Part shown: positions 1 to 13,400 of the stretch, piece after piece
Numbering within the stretch: position 1 is the stretch's first letter
How the letters are laid out: every line of letters begins with the position of its first letter
NCBI RefSeq assembly: GCF_036321535.1
Contig: NC_087468.1
Location: 15,066,001-15,130,000 of the forward strand
From: Camelus dromedarius
Taxonomy: Eukaryota
Direction: 5' to 3'
Length of the DNA: 64,000 nt
The notes under the pieces: generated by a model
Told to the model about the DNA's origin: nothing
Database searches by the model: none
The model's input: the letters and a program-made list of their open reading frames with translations, nothing else
Translations under genes and position numbers: made by a program

Positions 1-374
1 TCTCTCCTCAGCCCACACCGTCCCCAGAGTCTTGGTGATGGTGGAACCAGAAATGATAAAATGTCACACCCGGAAGGACCCCTGGGGCTCATCTACTCCA
101 AGCCTCTCATTTAATCTACGTGAGAACATGCAGATGACCTGCCCAAGGTCGCACGGCCAGGACGGCGCAGAACTCAGACCTCTTTTATTTTAGATGCTAC
201 CTCTTAAACACTACACAGAAGTAAGAACTAGTACCATTTTCAGAGGAGAACACTGGCAGTCCTCGCTTAGGCTGGGCAACTGGAAAACGGAGGGGCTGGA
301 AGGAGAAAGATAAGGAGATGCGCACGTGCCCTTACAGCCCCCACGGTACTTTCTAAGGTTAAAAACATCACTTG

Positions 375-650
375 CATGTGGAGTCTTAAAAAAACGATAC
401 AAATGAACTTGTTTACAAAACAGAAATAGACTCACAGACATAGAAAACAATTGTTACCAAAGGGGGAAGTGGTGGGGGTGAGGGGAGCTAAATTAGGTGT
501 TTGGGATGAACAGATACACACTACTGTATACAAAACAGACAAACAGCAAGGGCTGGCTGTGCAGCACAGGGAACTGTATTCAGTACCTTGTAGTGACCTA
601 TACTGGGAAAAAATATGAAAAAGAATCACTTTGCTACACACCTGCCCTGC
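375..650 (+). mobile_element. L1 3'UTR fragment, cetartiodactyl type
   Basis: aaatgaacttgtttacaaaacagaaatagactcacagacatagaaaac...cacagggaactgtattcag. Confidence 0.8.
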
Positions 651-1344
651 CACCAGGCTTCTCCATGTTCTTCAGAGTGCGAAAAACCATGTCTCTTGAG
701 AACTGAAAACCAACTATCTACCCCCAAAAGGGTCCTGCAAGAACGTTCTGCAACTCCTCCAAAAAAATACTCATAAATGTTCGTAAAAAGACAATCACAT
801 AAATTAAAAATAAGGCTATTAAAAAAGGCTAGACATCAAAATCTGTAACTTCCTCATCACTAGGGAGAAAGTCACCATGTTCCAGACTTTATCCTCTAGG
901 GACGAAGTAAGATAGCAGGACCCCAAGGCAGCAAGACAAATCTAGAGTCGTCCCCACTGTCCACATCCAGCTCACTGCAGCGTGTAAGACGAGATGACCA
1001 GCAAAGAGATGGACAGGCTACCTGCTCAGGATTTCCTTCAAAGCCAGGAGAACCCCACCTGTCCTGTCCTACTTCTTCCGACTGTTCTTCCCTATCCTGA
1101 AAGACTGCAGTTCTCAGCAAGCCACAGGACAGAAGATGAAAGGGGAACTGCCTTCGGGTAAACACCCATCTCTGAAGACCCTAAAACATGTGCAACCTTT
1201 CAATAAAAACTCTGAACTTACATAGTGGAGGTAGGTTCCTTGCAATCTCCAACTGAGACAATCCAAAATGAAGAGTGGCACAAACATATGAAAAGAAACC
1301 CAAGCTCAACCCCCTACGAGGAAGCGAAGGAGGACGACACTCAC

Positions 1345-1487
1345 GTAATAGGGAAGTTGACTATAGTCGGATTCTTCTCCACAAAGAAATTGTTCTTCGT
1401 GAATCTCTTAATACAAAAGATGAGATATGGAGGCAGCTTGGTGAGCTGGAAGCGCTTCAGGAAGTTCTCCTTGTAGGTCTTATATTC
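1345..1487 (-). CDS. USP39: USP39 exon 10 (143 nt)
   Basis: ctctag|GAATATAAG...ATTAC|gtgagt; [47 protein letters not shown]. Confidence 0.94.
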
Positions 1488-4400
1488 CTAGAGAGAGAGA
1501 AGACAATTATCAAATCAGCGCTGGAGCATTAGAGCAGGGATGTGAGTTTTACTGTTTTGGTTTGGGTTTTTTTGATGTAACTTTGCCTTACGCTTAGAAT
1601 TCAGGACACCTGACCCCAGAAACCACACACAAGGCTTAGGAACAGCAGTCTGGCTGAAGCTGACTGAAGCACCTCAGCTGCGGGCTGCGTTTCAGCCAGC
1701 ACGTGATCATGCTATTAAACTCCGGCCACACTAACGTGGGCATTCGTTTCTACATGGACAACAAAAATGTCAAGTGAAGATTTTTTATAGCCAAGAATTA
1801 AAAACCATGCAAGTCTCACTTAATTCAAGATCAGGAAGACCTTCCTGACTATCAGATATGCGCACCGTGGAACGGGCACTTCTGAAGCAGTGAGGGGCCC
1901 CTCATCATTGGGGTACTCCAGCAGAGGTGTCAACACCCACGTTCCTTCCTCCTCAAAGGTCCCAAGACTCGTGGGTCAAGTGCAGTCAGTCAGGCAATGC
2001 TCACTGTGGACTCACTCAGCATGTCTGAGGAGATGGCATGGTGGGGGACTGAGGACATCCTCCTCAGACCAAGAGGCGTAAAAGCTAGTGTACATAAATG
2101 TATTTTTCCTTACCACAAACACAATTTAGTACAGTAAAAATTTAGTAACTGGAGTGAAAGACTAATCATAGTCTGAGAAGAAACACCAATGAGACCATCA
2201 CTCTCTAGAGTAGGGTGAGTTCTGGAGGCAACGACAGACCCCATCAGGGATCCCCAGGATTCTCATGAAAATATTTTAATTTAAAATCTGGATACAAAAA
2301 GAAAAACACCTAGGATACAGGAACTCCAAAACCACCTGGATGACGACCTCGTAAAATGCCAAGTAAGAGCTTCGCTTCCAGGGCCACAACACGGGGAGCT
2401 GCAAGGGCCGCTCCCCAACGAAACTGGTGAAAATTATTTTAAGAACCACCGTCACCACCGCCATTTAAACTCTCCACAAATGGTCGTCAGGGCAGAGAGC
2501 AAATGAAGACACATTTACTGAGGAAAACGTTTTTCTCTAATGTTCTCTTCTAAAATGAAATGTTCCCTTCTAAAATAAAATCTAATTCGGTAAGAAGAGT
2601 GAGAGTCTGCGGTATCTGAACCAAGACCTCTCCCTTCGTTAGAAGCTCCTCTCCAGACCAGTAGAGCCAGAGCACAGGGCTCCCTCTCCCCCCAGCTCCC
2701 AGAGGACCGTCTTCCTAGGAGAGGCAGGATGTCAGCCTTTCTCCTTCTGGCCCAAACTACCTGTTCCTGAAGCAAAGTTCCAGTGTGTACCCAAAACATA
2801 CGAAGCAAAAACTGACAAAAACAAGAAGATAAGGACAATTCAATAACAATAGCTGGAGACTTTTTAACACCCCACTTTCAACAGTGGACAGAACAACTAG
2901 GCAGCAGATCAACATAGAAGATTTGAGCATTGTAAGTAGACCTAACCAACACATACAGAACATTCTACCACCAACCACATAATGTACATTCTTCTCAGGT
3001 GCACATGGTATGTTCTCCAGGACAGACCACACGCTAGCCCATAAAACAAACTTCAACAAATATAAAGGCATAGANNNNNNNNNNNNNNNNNNNNNNNNNN
3101 NNNNNNNNNNNNNNNNNNNNNNNNNNNNNNNNNNNNNNNNNNNNNNNNNNNNNNNNNNNNNNNNNNNNNNNNNNNNNNNNNNNNNNNNNNNNNNNNNNNN
3201 NNATCAAAAGGGAAGTTAGGAAAGACTCTGAGATGAATAGAAATGAAGACGACATATAAAAACTCATGGGATGCAGCGAAAGCAGTGTTTAAGAGGGGAA
3301 TTTATAGCCATAGATGCCTGTTGAAAAATAAGATCTCAAATCAATAACCTTCCACCATAAGACACCAGAAAAAAAGAAAAGCAAACTAAATCTAAAGCAA
3401 GCAAAAAAAAGGAAACAAAAAATATTAGAGCAGAGATTAATGAAATACAGCACAGGAAAACAGTATTTCAGAAAAATCAATGAAAGCTATTTCTGTGAAA
3501 AGACAAGCTTTTAGCTAGTTGACCAAGAAAAAAAGAGAAAAATGCTCAAATTACCAGACTCGAAATTGAAAAAGGGGACATTACTATGGACTTCACAGCA
3601 ATAAAAATGATTACGAAGGACGATGATAAACAACTGTATGTTAATCTATTAGATAAGTCAGGTGAAATGGACAGATTCCTAAACAGACGCAAATCACCAA
3701 AACATAAGAAGAAACACTCTGAACAGACCTACAACAAGTAAAGAGACTGAATCGGCTACCAAAAAACTATGCACAAACAGCCCAGGTCCATATGGCATCA
3801 CTGCTACTTTCTACCAAGCATTTAAAGAAGAATTAACACCAATTCTTCAAACACTTTTCCAAAATACTGAAGAGAAGGGAATACTTGCCAATTCATTTTA
3901 TGAGGCCAACATTATCACGATACCAAAACCAGACAAAGACGTCACAAAGAAAGGCAACTACAGGCCAATATTTCCATGAATGTGGATGCAAAAATCCTCA
4001 ACAAAATAATAGCAACCCGATTCCAACGTAAACGACAACAAAAATTACACACCATGACTAAGTATGATTTACCCGGGAATACAAAGGTGGCTTGGCATCC
4101 AAAAACCAGTTAGTGTCATGTTCCACATCATAATAATAAAAATAATAAAGCAATAAATAACAAAAACCAAAAACCAAGCAACCATCTCATTAGACACAAA
4201 AAAAGCACGGTATGTGAATTAAAGCTCAATAAAGCTGCTATTATTTTAAAAACGAAGCTCCCCTGCCACATGATGAGTAATCTGAGAGCACTGGAGAAGT
4301 AAAGGTTTTCCAGCTCTAGACATGTACCTTCATTCAGGTAAATTTCTGATCATCTAAGGGTATAAGCACTACTGGAAAAAAATGTCTTTTTGTTGATATC

Positions 4401-7400
4401 AAGTAACTCATCTCTGCAAGGGTGATATAAAATACCATGTTAAAAGCAAAAAAAAAAAAATTTTTTTTTTTAGGTTTTTGGGGGGGTGGTAATTAGACTT
4501 ACTTTTTTTTTTAACAGAGGTACTGAGGATTGAACCTAGGACCTCCTGCATGCTAAGCATGCACCCTACCACTTGAGCTATACCCTCCCCACCAAAATTT
4601 TTTTTAAATCAAGTAAATGCCAAGAGATTTCACCGCCCACATTTGTATCTATGAACAGGTTGACATCAAGAAGCACTATTTTTAATTATCTCAGACTAGT
4701 GAAGGATAGTCAGATTTAATACCTAAATGATGTCACAGCCTTGTCACAGAGATGTGACAGAGAAACTTGAAAAAGTTTCTCAGGAGTTTATGTGAAAATG
4801 CTGGGGGGAAGAATTTCACCCTGGATATCAGTACCACATTCATATAGCAAGGTTTTTGCTGTATTCACATTGTAATAGCACTACTAACCAATTTTCAAAG
4901 TTTCATTTGTATGTAAGTTTGTTATAATTTAATATTTACTTAAAAGCTGTAGCTTATACCATCATTTCTGCTTATACTAATTTAGGTAATATTATAGTAA
5001 CAATAAATTTAAATCAATACTGAGGGTCCACAAGAATCTTAATGTTACCTAACCCTGAACAAACAGTAATAATAGGGTCCATGTGCACAACTGAAAAAGT
5101 CAGATGAAAAATCTGAGTTTAGATCCCCAGCTCTGTCACTTAAAATCAATATAAAATAAAACCAAGTAAAATAAACTGATCTAGATGAGCCTTAAGGTTT
5201 TTCATCTCCACAAAATGAAATGAGCCTAAGAATCAGCTTAGACATTTTAGGAATCACTGTCACTTACCTGTGTGCATGTGTGTGCGTGCGTGTATGTACT
5301 GGGGGTGGGGGGAGAAGGGCATTTACTATCTGAAAACAAAAGAACCTCAGTTGATAAAGCGAGCAGAAAGGGTCTGAATGAGGCATCAAGCTAAAAAAAA
5401 ATCCTCCTGCCATTAAAAAAAAAAATCTCCCAGTAAAGAACCAAAAAGGATTAAATTTGTCTAGGATGAAAAAAGGAATTAAACCATGAAACAGTTAACT
5501 CAGCAGATATAAAAAGAGACTTTTAACTTGATGAAGAGCGATAGTATAGAAATAATAAAAACTTTAGTTCGATTTTAGTTGCTTTTTTCCACTTTAATGT
5601 TGACGTTCCATTTTTTAAAAGGTGAGTGTTTCCTACTTTTGTGAGTTTCTACTATCCTCAACACCCATTCCTTTCTCCACACCACTCAGATGCACTGTAA
5701 TTCAAGTTAAGAGGTGGGGGTGATCAGCTAAAAACAGCAGAGTCTGGTAGGCTCAGTAAGCATAGTACACTTTAAAATTAAATGTATTACATACAGGTGG
5801 CGATTTCCAAGCATAAAAAGAAAAATGTCAAGAGGAAGAAAGGGGTTATCAACAAGGTAGGTGTGCAAGTGGGCTACCTTCTCGGTGATGCCGTTGAACT
5901 TGGCCAGGATGTTGAAGAGAGGCACCTGGGGGATGATGAGCTGCTCCTTCTCGTCCTTGTAGAGCGGGGCGGTGGGGAGGTCCAGCGTCAGGTACATGAA
6001 GGTGGACTCCACCATCGTCTCCTGGTACTCGTCGTTGTGCAGCAGCTGCTCTTTTTCCTCTGCTGGCTGGAAACAATGAGCGAGAAGGAAGAGGAGGGGA
6101 AGGAGTGACACCGGAGTGGAGGACACCGCAGACGGGAAGAAACCATGTGTCCGTTACACTTATACTTACTTCATTTTATGAAGGAAGAGGGGTGCCCAAG
6201 AGCCCAGCAGTTTCACACCCAGTTGCACAACCTTAGATTAATGCAAAAACTGGGCTTCCGTCTTTAAATACCAAATTATTTTAAAAGCTTTTAGGTATCT
6301 AGAAAGCTCTTATCTGAGCTTTCTGAAAAAACACACCAGCACCACTCAGTGGCCAGACCGCTGAAATCAGTCAGCCCTTGGTACCCGGATGAGATTGGTT
6401 CCAAGACCTGCCTTGGATACCCAAGTCTGAGGATGCTCAAGTCCCAGAGGTGGCCTTCCATATCCACAGATTCTGTATCCATAGATTCAACAAACTGCTA
6501 TACGTAAACATAGTGGTTTTATGTACTGATAAAAATCTGCATGTAAGTGAACCAGTCAGAGTTAAACCCATGCTGTTCGAAGGTCACCTGTGTATCCAAC
6601 TATCACCTCCAAAACCTAAGCGCGCCGGTGCCACAGGAACCCATGGGAACTGCCACTTGGCAGGTGTTTTTAGGACCTCTTCCTGGAGCAAAAGGCTGAG
6701 CCAGTCATCTAAGCATCTCTTTGCCAACCCTAAATCCCCTCAAGCAATATAAATCAGTCCAAGACTCAGGTTCCAGCCACTCACCAAATCAGGATGAGGA
6801 AGCTTTTTAGTGAAGATCCTCATGGACCCCTGGAAAACATCGGTCACAATAGCTGTACAAACAGAAACCAAAATGCAAATTCTATCAGGTTGGAAAGCAT
6901 TTCCAAAATACAGTCTTAACTTCTACATTTCTGAAATAAACTTCATTTTCCAGCATAAGACCCAAAGCTTTCCCTAAATACAGAAGCACCTTTGTAATAC
7001 ATACCACTGTGGTACCTTTATAACTACCTGTGTAAATAATTATTTTATGTCTATCTTCTCCGTAAGATACCTTCTGGCCTTTCAGCACAGGGTCAAAGAG
7101 CACAGTCCATAAGAGAAAAATTAAGTGCCTTTGAAATAAATGGTTTACAGAATCTGGAGACTGATGAATCCCCAGAAGTCACAGGTAAAATAAGAGACAC
7201 CCAAGAAAGCATAACCCATAACTATGTGCCACCTGCAAAGAGAGAGTGTCCACCCTGCACTAGACATAAAGGAAAATGACAGACTGAGGGATACAGCAAA
7301 GCAGAACCAAAGCAACGAGAACAAAAGCACAACAGGGTTCTTGAATTCTGACAGGACCCAAGCTAGAGAGCGCAGACACTGTGCACAGGCCGAAGTCACA

Positions 7401-10400
7401 TGAGGGCTCCAAAATTATTCACCTGGCTCAAGAGTCGCTAAGCTAACAGTTACTTTTGGCATTCATGAAAAATGCCTAACTACTGTTAAGCCAACGTGGA
7501 CACGAAGGAACATAGGGACTCAAGGTCTGCGAATCTACAGGGAGGCCAGCCGCATCTCCCCAAGTACAGGCTCAGGGCGAAGAACTAGCTTTTAGTTTGT
7601 TTTACCCAATTACAAGCCAGGCAAACCACCCACCAAGTCCTCCCTCTGGCACCACCAACATGTCTACAACATGCTTCCCAGCCTCTCAGTTTGAAACTGT
7701 GTCAGGGTTTCTAGAGCACAACTGTATCCATTTCCACTCATTAAAAATGCCATTGGATATACCCATATTCTAACAAAGGAAACTGGAGAGGGAGCCATTC
7801 AGGAGCCAAGCTCTCCCATGTGTACAGAGATGCTGGCCTGACACAAAAAGGTAAACAAGTAAGGAGAAAAGGATGGGAAGCTGCAAAGTGTTTTTAAAAG
7901 GAAGCAAACAAAAAACTCCCTTTTACAAAATAACATGACTTACTCTTTTTTTTCTTCTTTGTGCCCCCCAGAGCTGAGTGCAGAGCATTCAAAAACCAGG
8001 ACAGAAAGTCAACTCCATCCCCTGGAAAAGAAGGAAAGGTGGGACGTCAAACCTGGGAGACAGTATGATAATTCAAACTGCTGATTGGCATGACTCCACA
8101 CTCCCTGTCTCCTCCTTCCTCTCCAGCCATGCCATCCTGCCCCCTGGCATCCTCTTCTACCTGGCCACTGCATCCTGCAACTCCTCAAGGTCAAGCTCTT
8201 AGTCTTCTGATCTTTACTGCCCCCAGGCTCTCTGGTCCAACCAGGACCTTTGAATATCATTCTCTATTCCAAACCCGAGTCTCATCACCCACCAAAAATC
8301 ATTACTGGACTTTCCTATAAAAGCACTCCTCAGCCAGAATGCGTTTAAAACAAAAATGTGATGGCACGTCTTTGCCAAAAAAGCCTTTCCTGACTCCCCA
8401 TTGTTGTCAGGGTATAATCCAAGCTCCTTACAGGGGCATATAAACCCGACAACCTGGTCCCTCCCTTCCATCCTCCACCTTAGTGCTCATCATTGAATTC
8501 AATGGTCCAGCCACATGCAGTCTTCTGTCTGTGCCAGGGACCTCCATGCTTCTATCCAGTGTCCTCTCCACCTGGAATGCCCACCCTCAACCTGTCTCCT
8601 CACTACCTAAAACTCAGGTGTCTCTTCCTTCACTGATGTCTCCCCCAGCCTACCTCCCACCTGTCTGAGGGGGGTCTTTGCTCTGTGCTCCCTCCCACAG
8701 CATACTGGGCCTCCTCAATCACCACACTTAAGACCCTGTGATCATCTTTCTACATAACTGTCTTGCCCACTAGAATGGGAGCTCCTGGAAGAGAAAATTT
8801 GTGTTTCGTATTCCTGCAGCTCTAAAACCTACTAGCACCATGAGAAATGGTGAATCACCTGAACCCGGGATGCTAGAGAATACTTTATCACATCCAGGTA
8901 CTAAGAGCTACTCATGTGGCAAGAACTCACTGGGTTTGGAGGGATGAAAACAGTCAAAACAGAATATTCCAGTCTGCAACATGACAAAATGAGAAGCAAG
9001 AGTGGTAGACGCCTTTCCAACTCTAGTAAGGGCTGGTGCCTTTCCCAGCCTCCTGTTTTTTTTCCTGAGCCAAATAAGTTTACCAAGTCAGACAGACGTT
9101 CTATGTAGGTGAAATCTCTTGGGACTCTGAGCAGGCCATGCTGATGAAAGAAGAGAGAGGAACCTAACCACGCCACCCACTGGATGCTCGCTGGAGCTCC
9201 TGTCTCACTGCCAAGTGGAAGTAAATGTGCTCATCAAAGTAGTCTTGTTGCCCTCAGGTCAGAAAGCATGAATTATTCACTTCTCACCTTGCTTGGTGAT
9301 CTGAAAAGTCTTCTTGCTGCAAAGGACAACAGCCTGAAGCATCTCATGGGGAGAGACATGGGCCTTGAAATTTCGAGGGTTCCAGAGCTTTCTCATTAGC
9401 TCTCCAAAGCGCTGGACCAACAGGAACATGATGTCCCCAGGGGGACGCTTGATGTTCTTGTAATTGTCTTCTTCCAGGAAGTAGTTCCGGAGAGGAGGGA
9501 CATTAGACAGAGCCTGCGGGTCAGACACTACGATTAGCCCAAAGCCCCTCAGCAGGGCCCCTGGGGGCCAAGCTCATCCACCCAAAGTTCTTCTAAAACC
9601 TGTGCCTGTGGTGCCTTAAAGAATCAGAAGTAAATAAATGGGCTGCCAGAGATGCGCCCGAGAGTTCACATTAGAGGAACATCCTTTACAGTGAGTGTCA
9701 CAGAAAGTCCAGTTCTGCAGACACTCTGCTGACGTAGAAAGAAATTTTAAAACAAAGGTATTCAAATCCCTATCTATTGATTTAATAGCTTCCTTTGTTT
9801 ACTCTAACTAGGCCTGTGACTATGTTTGGACTCATAAGGAACTGAAGGCTAGAAATCCAAACACTCTTTCCTCATCATGCACTTGGCTGGGACAGGACTA
9901 TCTGGAGGCCACAGTTCCCCCACCTCTCAACTGCACATTTAAACAATATGTGAAAATCATCTTAATAAAATCTGGTGTTTTCCCCAAATGTGGTACTGAG
10001 GGTGGTAATAAAAGCATATATAAAACTATATATAAAAATCAACGTACTTTGTTATGATAGAACTTAGTCAAAAGGTTTAAGAGAACAAAAATAAATTTTA
10101 TCTCATTAAGCAAAAAGATAAAGACCAGCCATGTCAGTTCAGGAAAAAGCACATGCTCATTATCGTGAGTTATAAAACTGGAAGGAAAACCACAGAACGG
10201 ACCCTTCTAAGTGCAGTCTCCCCACTGGTCCCTCCTGATGGGGTTGTGAACCCTTATCAGTGCTATGCTTACCATGAGCACAACGCTGCCAAGGGAATCC
10301 ATTTAGAAAGGACAGAAGGATAGTGCTAAATACAGCGAACTCAGGGATCTCTGGGGACAACACCTCCAGACGCAGAGCGCACCCGGATAAGAGGCGATCA

Positions 10401-13400
10401 GGAAGGCTCCCACAAGCCCAGCTCAGCCAGGGAAACAAGGACTTCCTGCTTGGAAAGCTCCTCTCAAAAGAAGAAGAGAGTGGATAAAGTTTATCCGATT
10501 CTCAGTCACCCATGCTGCGGGGAGGCTGCTCTCTGGCTTCAGCTGTAGAACAAGCAGTAGGCGTCCTCGGAGAGCAATTATCCAGCCTCCAGACAGGGTG
10601 CTTGGTCTCAATCCCATTTTAGCAAAAATATCATCACAGAGGATTTGTTCATCTGCTTATACGTATAAGTAAGGAGAGCTCCCTACGGGGACTAAAACCC
10701 ATCACAAAGCCAAGACTAACTGGCCTGACCATGTTCAAATCCTACCCATCCATCCTGTGACACTCTTCGCAGAGCCACAGGAGGCTGCAAGAGGAACAGT
10801 CGGCAAGGTCTCTCTCCGTCTAAGAATTTGACCTTTCCAGGGACCAGACACGACACCAATGGCAGACACTAAAGCTCCCAGGTTTACTTTTACAATTTTT
10901 TACCTAATTCTTTATGCGAAAATACCATAAAAAAAGTTTAAAGGCCAAACAATTAAAATGAAATATGTACTACATATGCAACAGAAAAAGGCTAATATAA
11001 ACATATACATTTTTAAAGCTTAATAAAATGGACCACTAATAGAAAAATAAGCACATAAGGCCCAATAATTCATGAAAAAATATAAGAATCAACTTTAGAA
11101 GTAAATTTTTTAAAAAAAAGTTAAAATGGAGATACCTGTCAAAATGGGAAAAAAATCTTTTAAATAGTAATAGTGACAGCGCAAGATGAAAAAGGCACCC
11201 TTTTGTGTTGCTGGTGGGTTTGTAAATTGCTATAAATCCCTTACAGCATTAACAAAAGAAGTGAAGGTTAAATCAATTAAACTTTTTAAAAGGGTGATGT
11301 AATCATTAAGGATGCTGCATGAGAATACTGATTTCATAATATGCTTATAAGTTAAAGCATACACAAAGATACATATATACACTATGTTACTTTGTAGACA
11401 AAGTCTAGAAAAGAAATACAACAAAATATAACCTGTCACAAAAACTGTAAGACTATATACAGTGAGGGACACTCACTGCAATACTGTTAACAGAAAAAAA
11501 AATGTGAGACAAGTCAAATTTTATCTATCAATGGGGAATAACAAAACAAACCATAATATTGCCACACAACGGAATACGCATGTGTGCATCTGCTTTTAGA
11601 ATAAAGCTCTGGCGGTCTCTACACTGTTAACTACCACACGAGAGTACTAGGGAAAGAAAATGAAGCTTTCATTTTGTACTTTCTGTATCTTCCTACCCTC
11701 ACCAGTAAGTACTTGTTTATAGTTTTTTTAAATCAATTTTTTTTTTTGGTGAAATGATTTTTCTTTTTCTTTTTCTTTTATTTTCTTATTTATTTTTCTT
11801 TTAATTTTATCTTATTGAGTTATAGTCAGTTTACATTGTTGTGTCAACGGATTTTCTTACTTACGCTTACCAACATTTTCTAGTTTTTCTACAATGTGCA
11901 CATATTACTCAGATAATTTTTTTTAAAAAGCAACACTTAATCACAAACAGAACAACTCTGGCTTTCTACCTTTCCGATTTTCAGGCTTAAGCACAGGCGG
12001 GACCGCTATCAGACAGTCAACACAATGAATATCTGCACCACTTTGAAAAAAAAAAAAAGCATCACCTGGCATACGTGCTTCTCACCTGGTCCTGCAGGCC
12101 TCACAAAGAGTCCAGCCCTTATTCCCTAGAAGCTCCAGAGGCTGGAACAGGCCCACCACTGGGCAGCAGCCCCTCTGAGCAGACACAGGCACATTGTGGT
12201 TGGTGCAGAACAAATACTCACGTGGAGTTCTCGGCAAGACTCTGGGTCTGAAGACCACCTGGCTGCACTCTGCCTGAAGGCAGTCATTTCTTGAAGGCCC
12301 TTCGTGGCGTTCCCGGGCTACCCGCTCCCTCACCGCTCCCATCGCCATCCTACCTGAAGGACGGCGTTGGCGTAGTCGTTGGCCTTTATGTTGTTCAGGC
12401 CCACGATGCCTGGCAGGTAAGTGGTGCCATCATACGCCCGGGACAACTTGGCCTGCTTGTCCAAGTTAGCAATCTGCTGCTTCGTGAAAGTGGGCTTCAG
12501 CACATACTGCAAAGCAAAAGAGAACTCCAGGTTGCCTCAGGCTGTCTGCAGAGCCCACCAGGTTTGCCCGGCACAGTGATTTCTTTTTTGTTTGTTTGTC
12601 TTTATTTATTTATTTTTCCGGGGGGGGGGGGGTTAGGTTTGTTTATTTATTTATTTTTAATGGAGGTACCGGGGATTTTACCCAGGATCTCGTGCATGTT
12701 AAGCAGGCACTCTGACACTGAGCTATACCCTGCCACTCCCAGAACAGCAATTTCTGCCAAAAAAAAAACCAAAAAACACTTTGGTCATGAATGTCTCACG
12801 ACCCGCCCAAAGGGCTCCCAATAGTAGGTACAGGACAGAGGTAATATGGAATAGGCCACCCCACATTGCTTACCTAGAAGGCCATCTCTCTATCTAAACC
12901 AAAATCACTGAATCCCAGGCCCTTCCCCAGACCTCAGGTCTGGCCACCCCCATGACAAACAATGGACAGAAGCTGCAGGACCCCCAAGTCCAGGGGCAAC
13001 AGGAGTCTGAGTCCCGGGGGGTACCTCACACAAAGCAGCACATGGGTGAAGGAGTGCCGCCTCCCCTCCCCTCCCCTCCCCTGTCTGTGCAGGGCTGAGA
13101 TCTCATGACGCCCTGCAGCTGGAAAGGCAGGATCAGAACCTCCCCAGTCCAAGAGCTAAGAGGGTCATCATGTCACAGGCTGGGTAGAGGTCATCACTAA
13201 CTCAATCTGAAAGCTTGAATTCAAGGGGGAGGGTACAGCTCAGTGGTAGAGTGCATGCTTAGCCCACACGCGGTCCTGGGCTCAATCCTTGTCCCTACAA
13301 ATAAACAAGCAAACAAACAAACAAATCAATCTAATTTACATCCCCCCACAAATGTTTTAAAAACCTTTACAAAAAAAAAAAAGCTTGAATTAATTTCAGT

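Noticed and set aside
2785-4205. L1 ORF2 as an active retrotransposase
   Set aside because: Many stops and frameshifts; truncated
5782-6108. 108-aa ORF antisense to USP39 exon 9
   Set aside because: Shadow ORF of a coding exon
7063-7070. GTATCTTA on minus as a second U12 donor
   Set aside because: Imperfect match and no U12 branch site seen before the exon 8 acceptor
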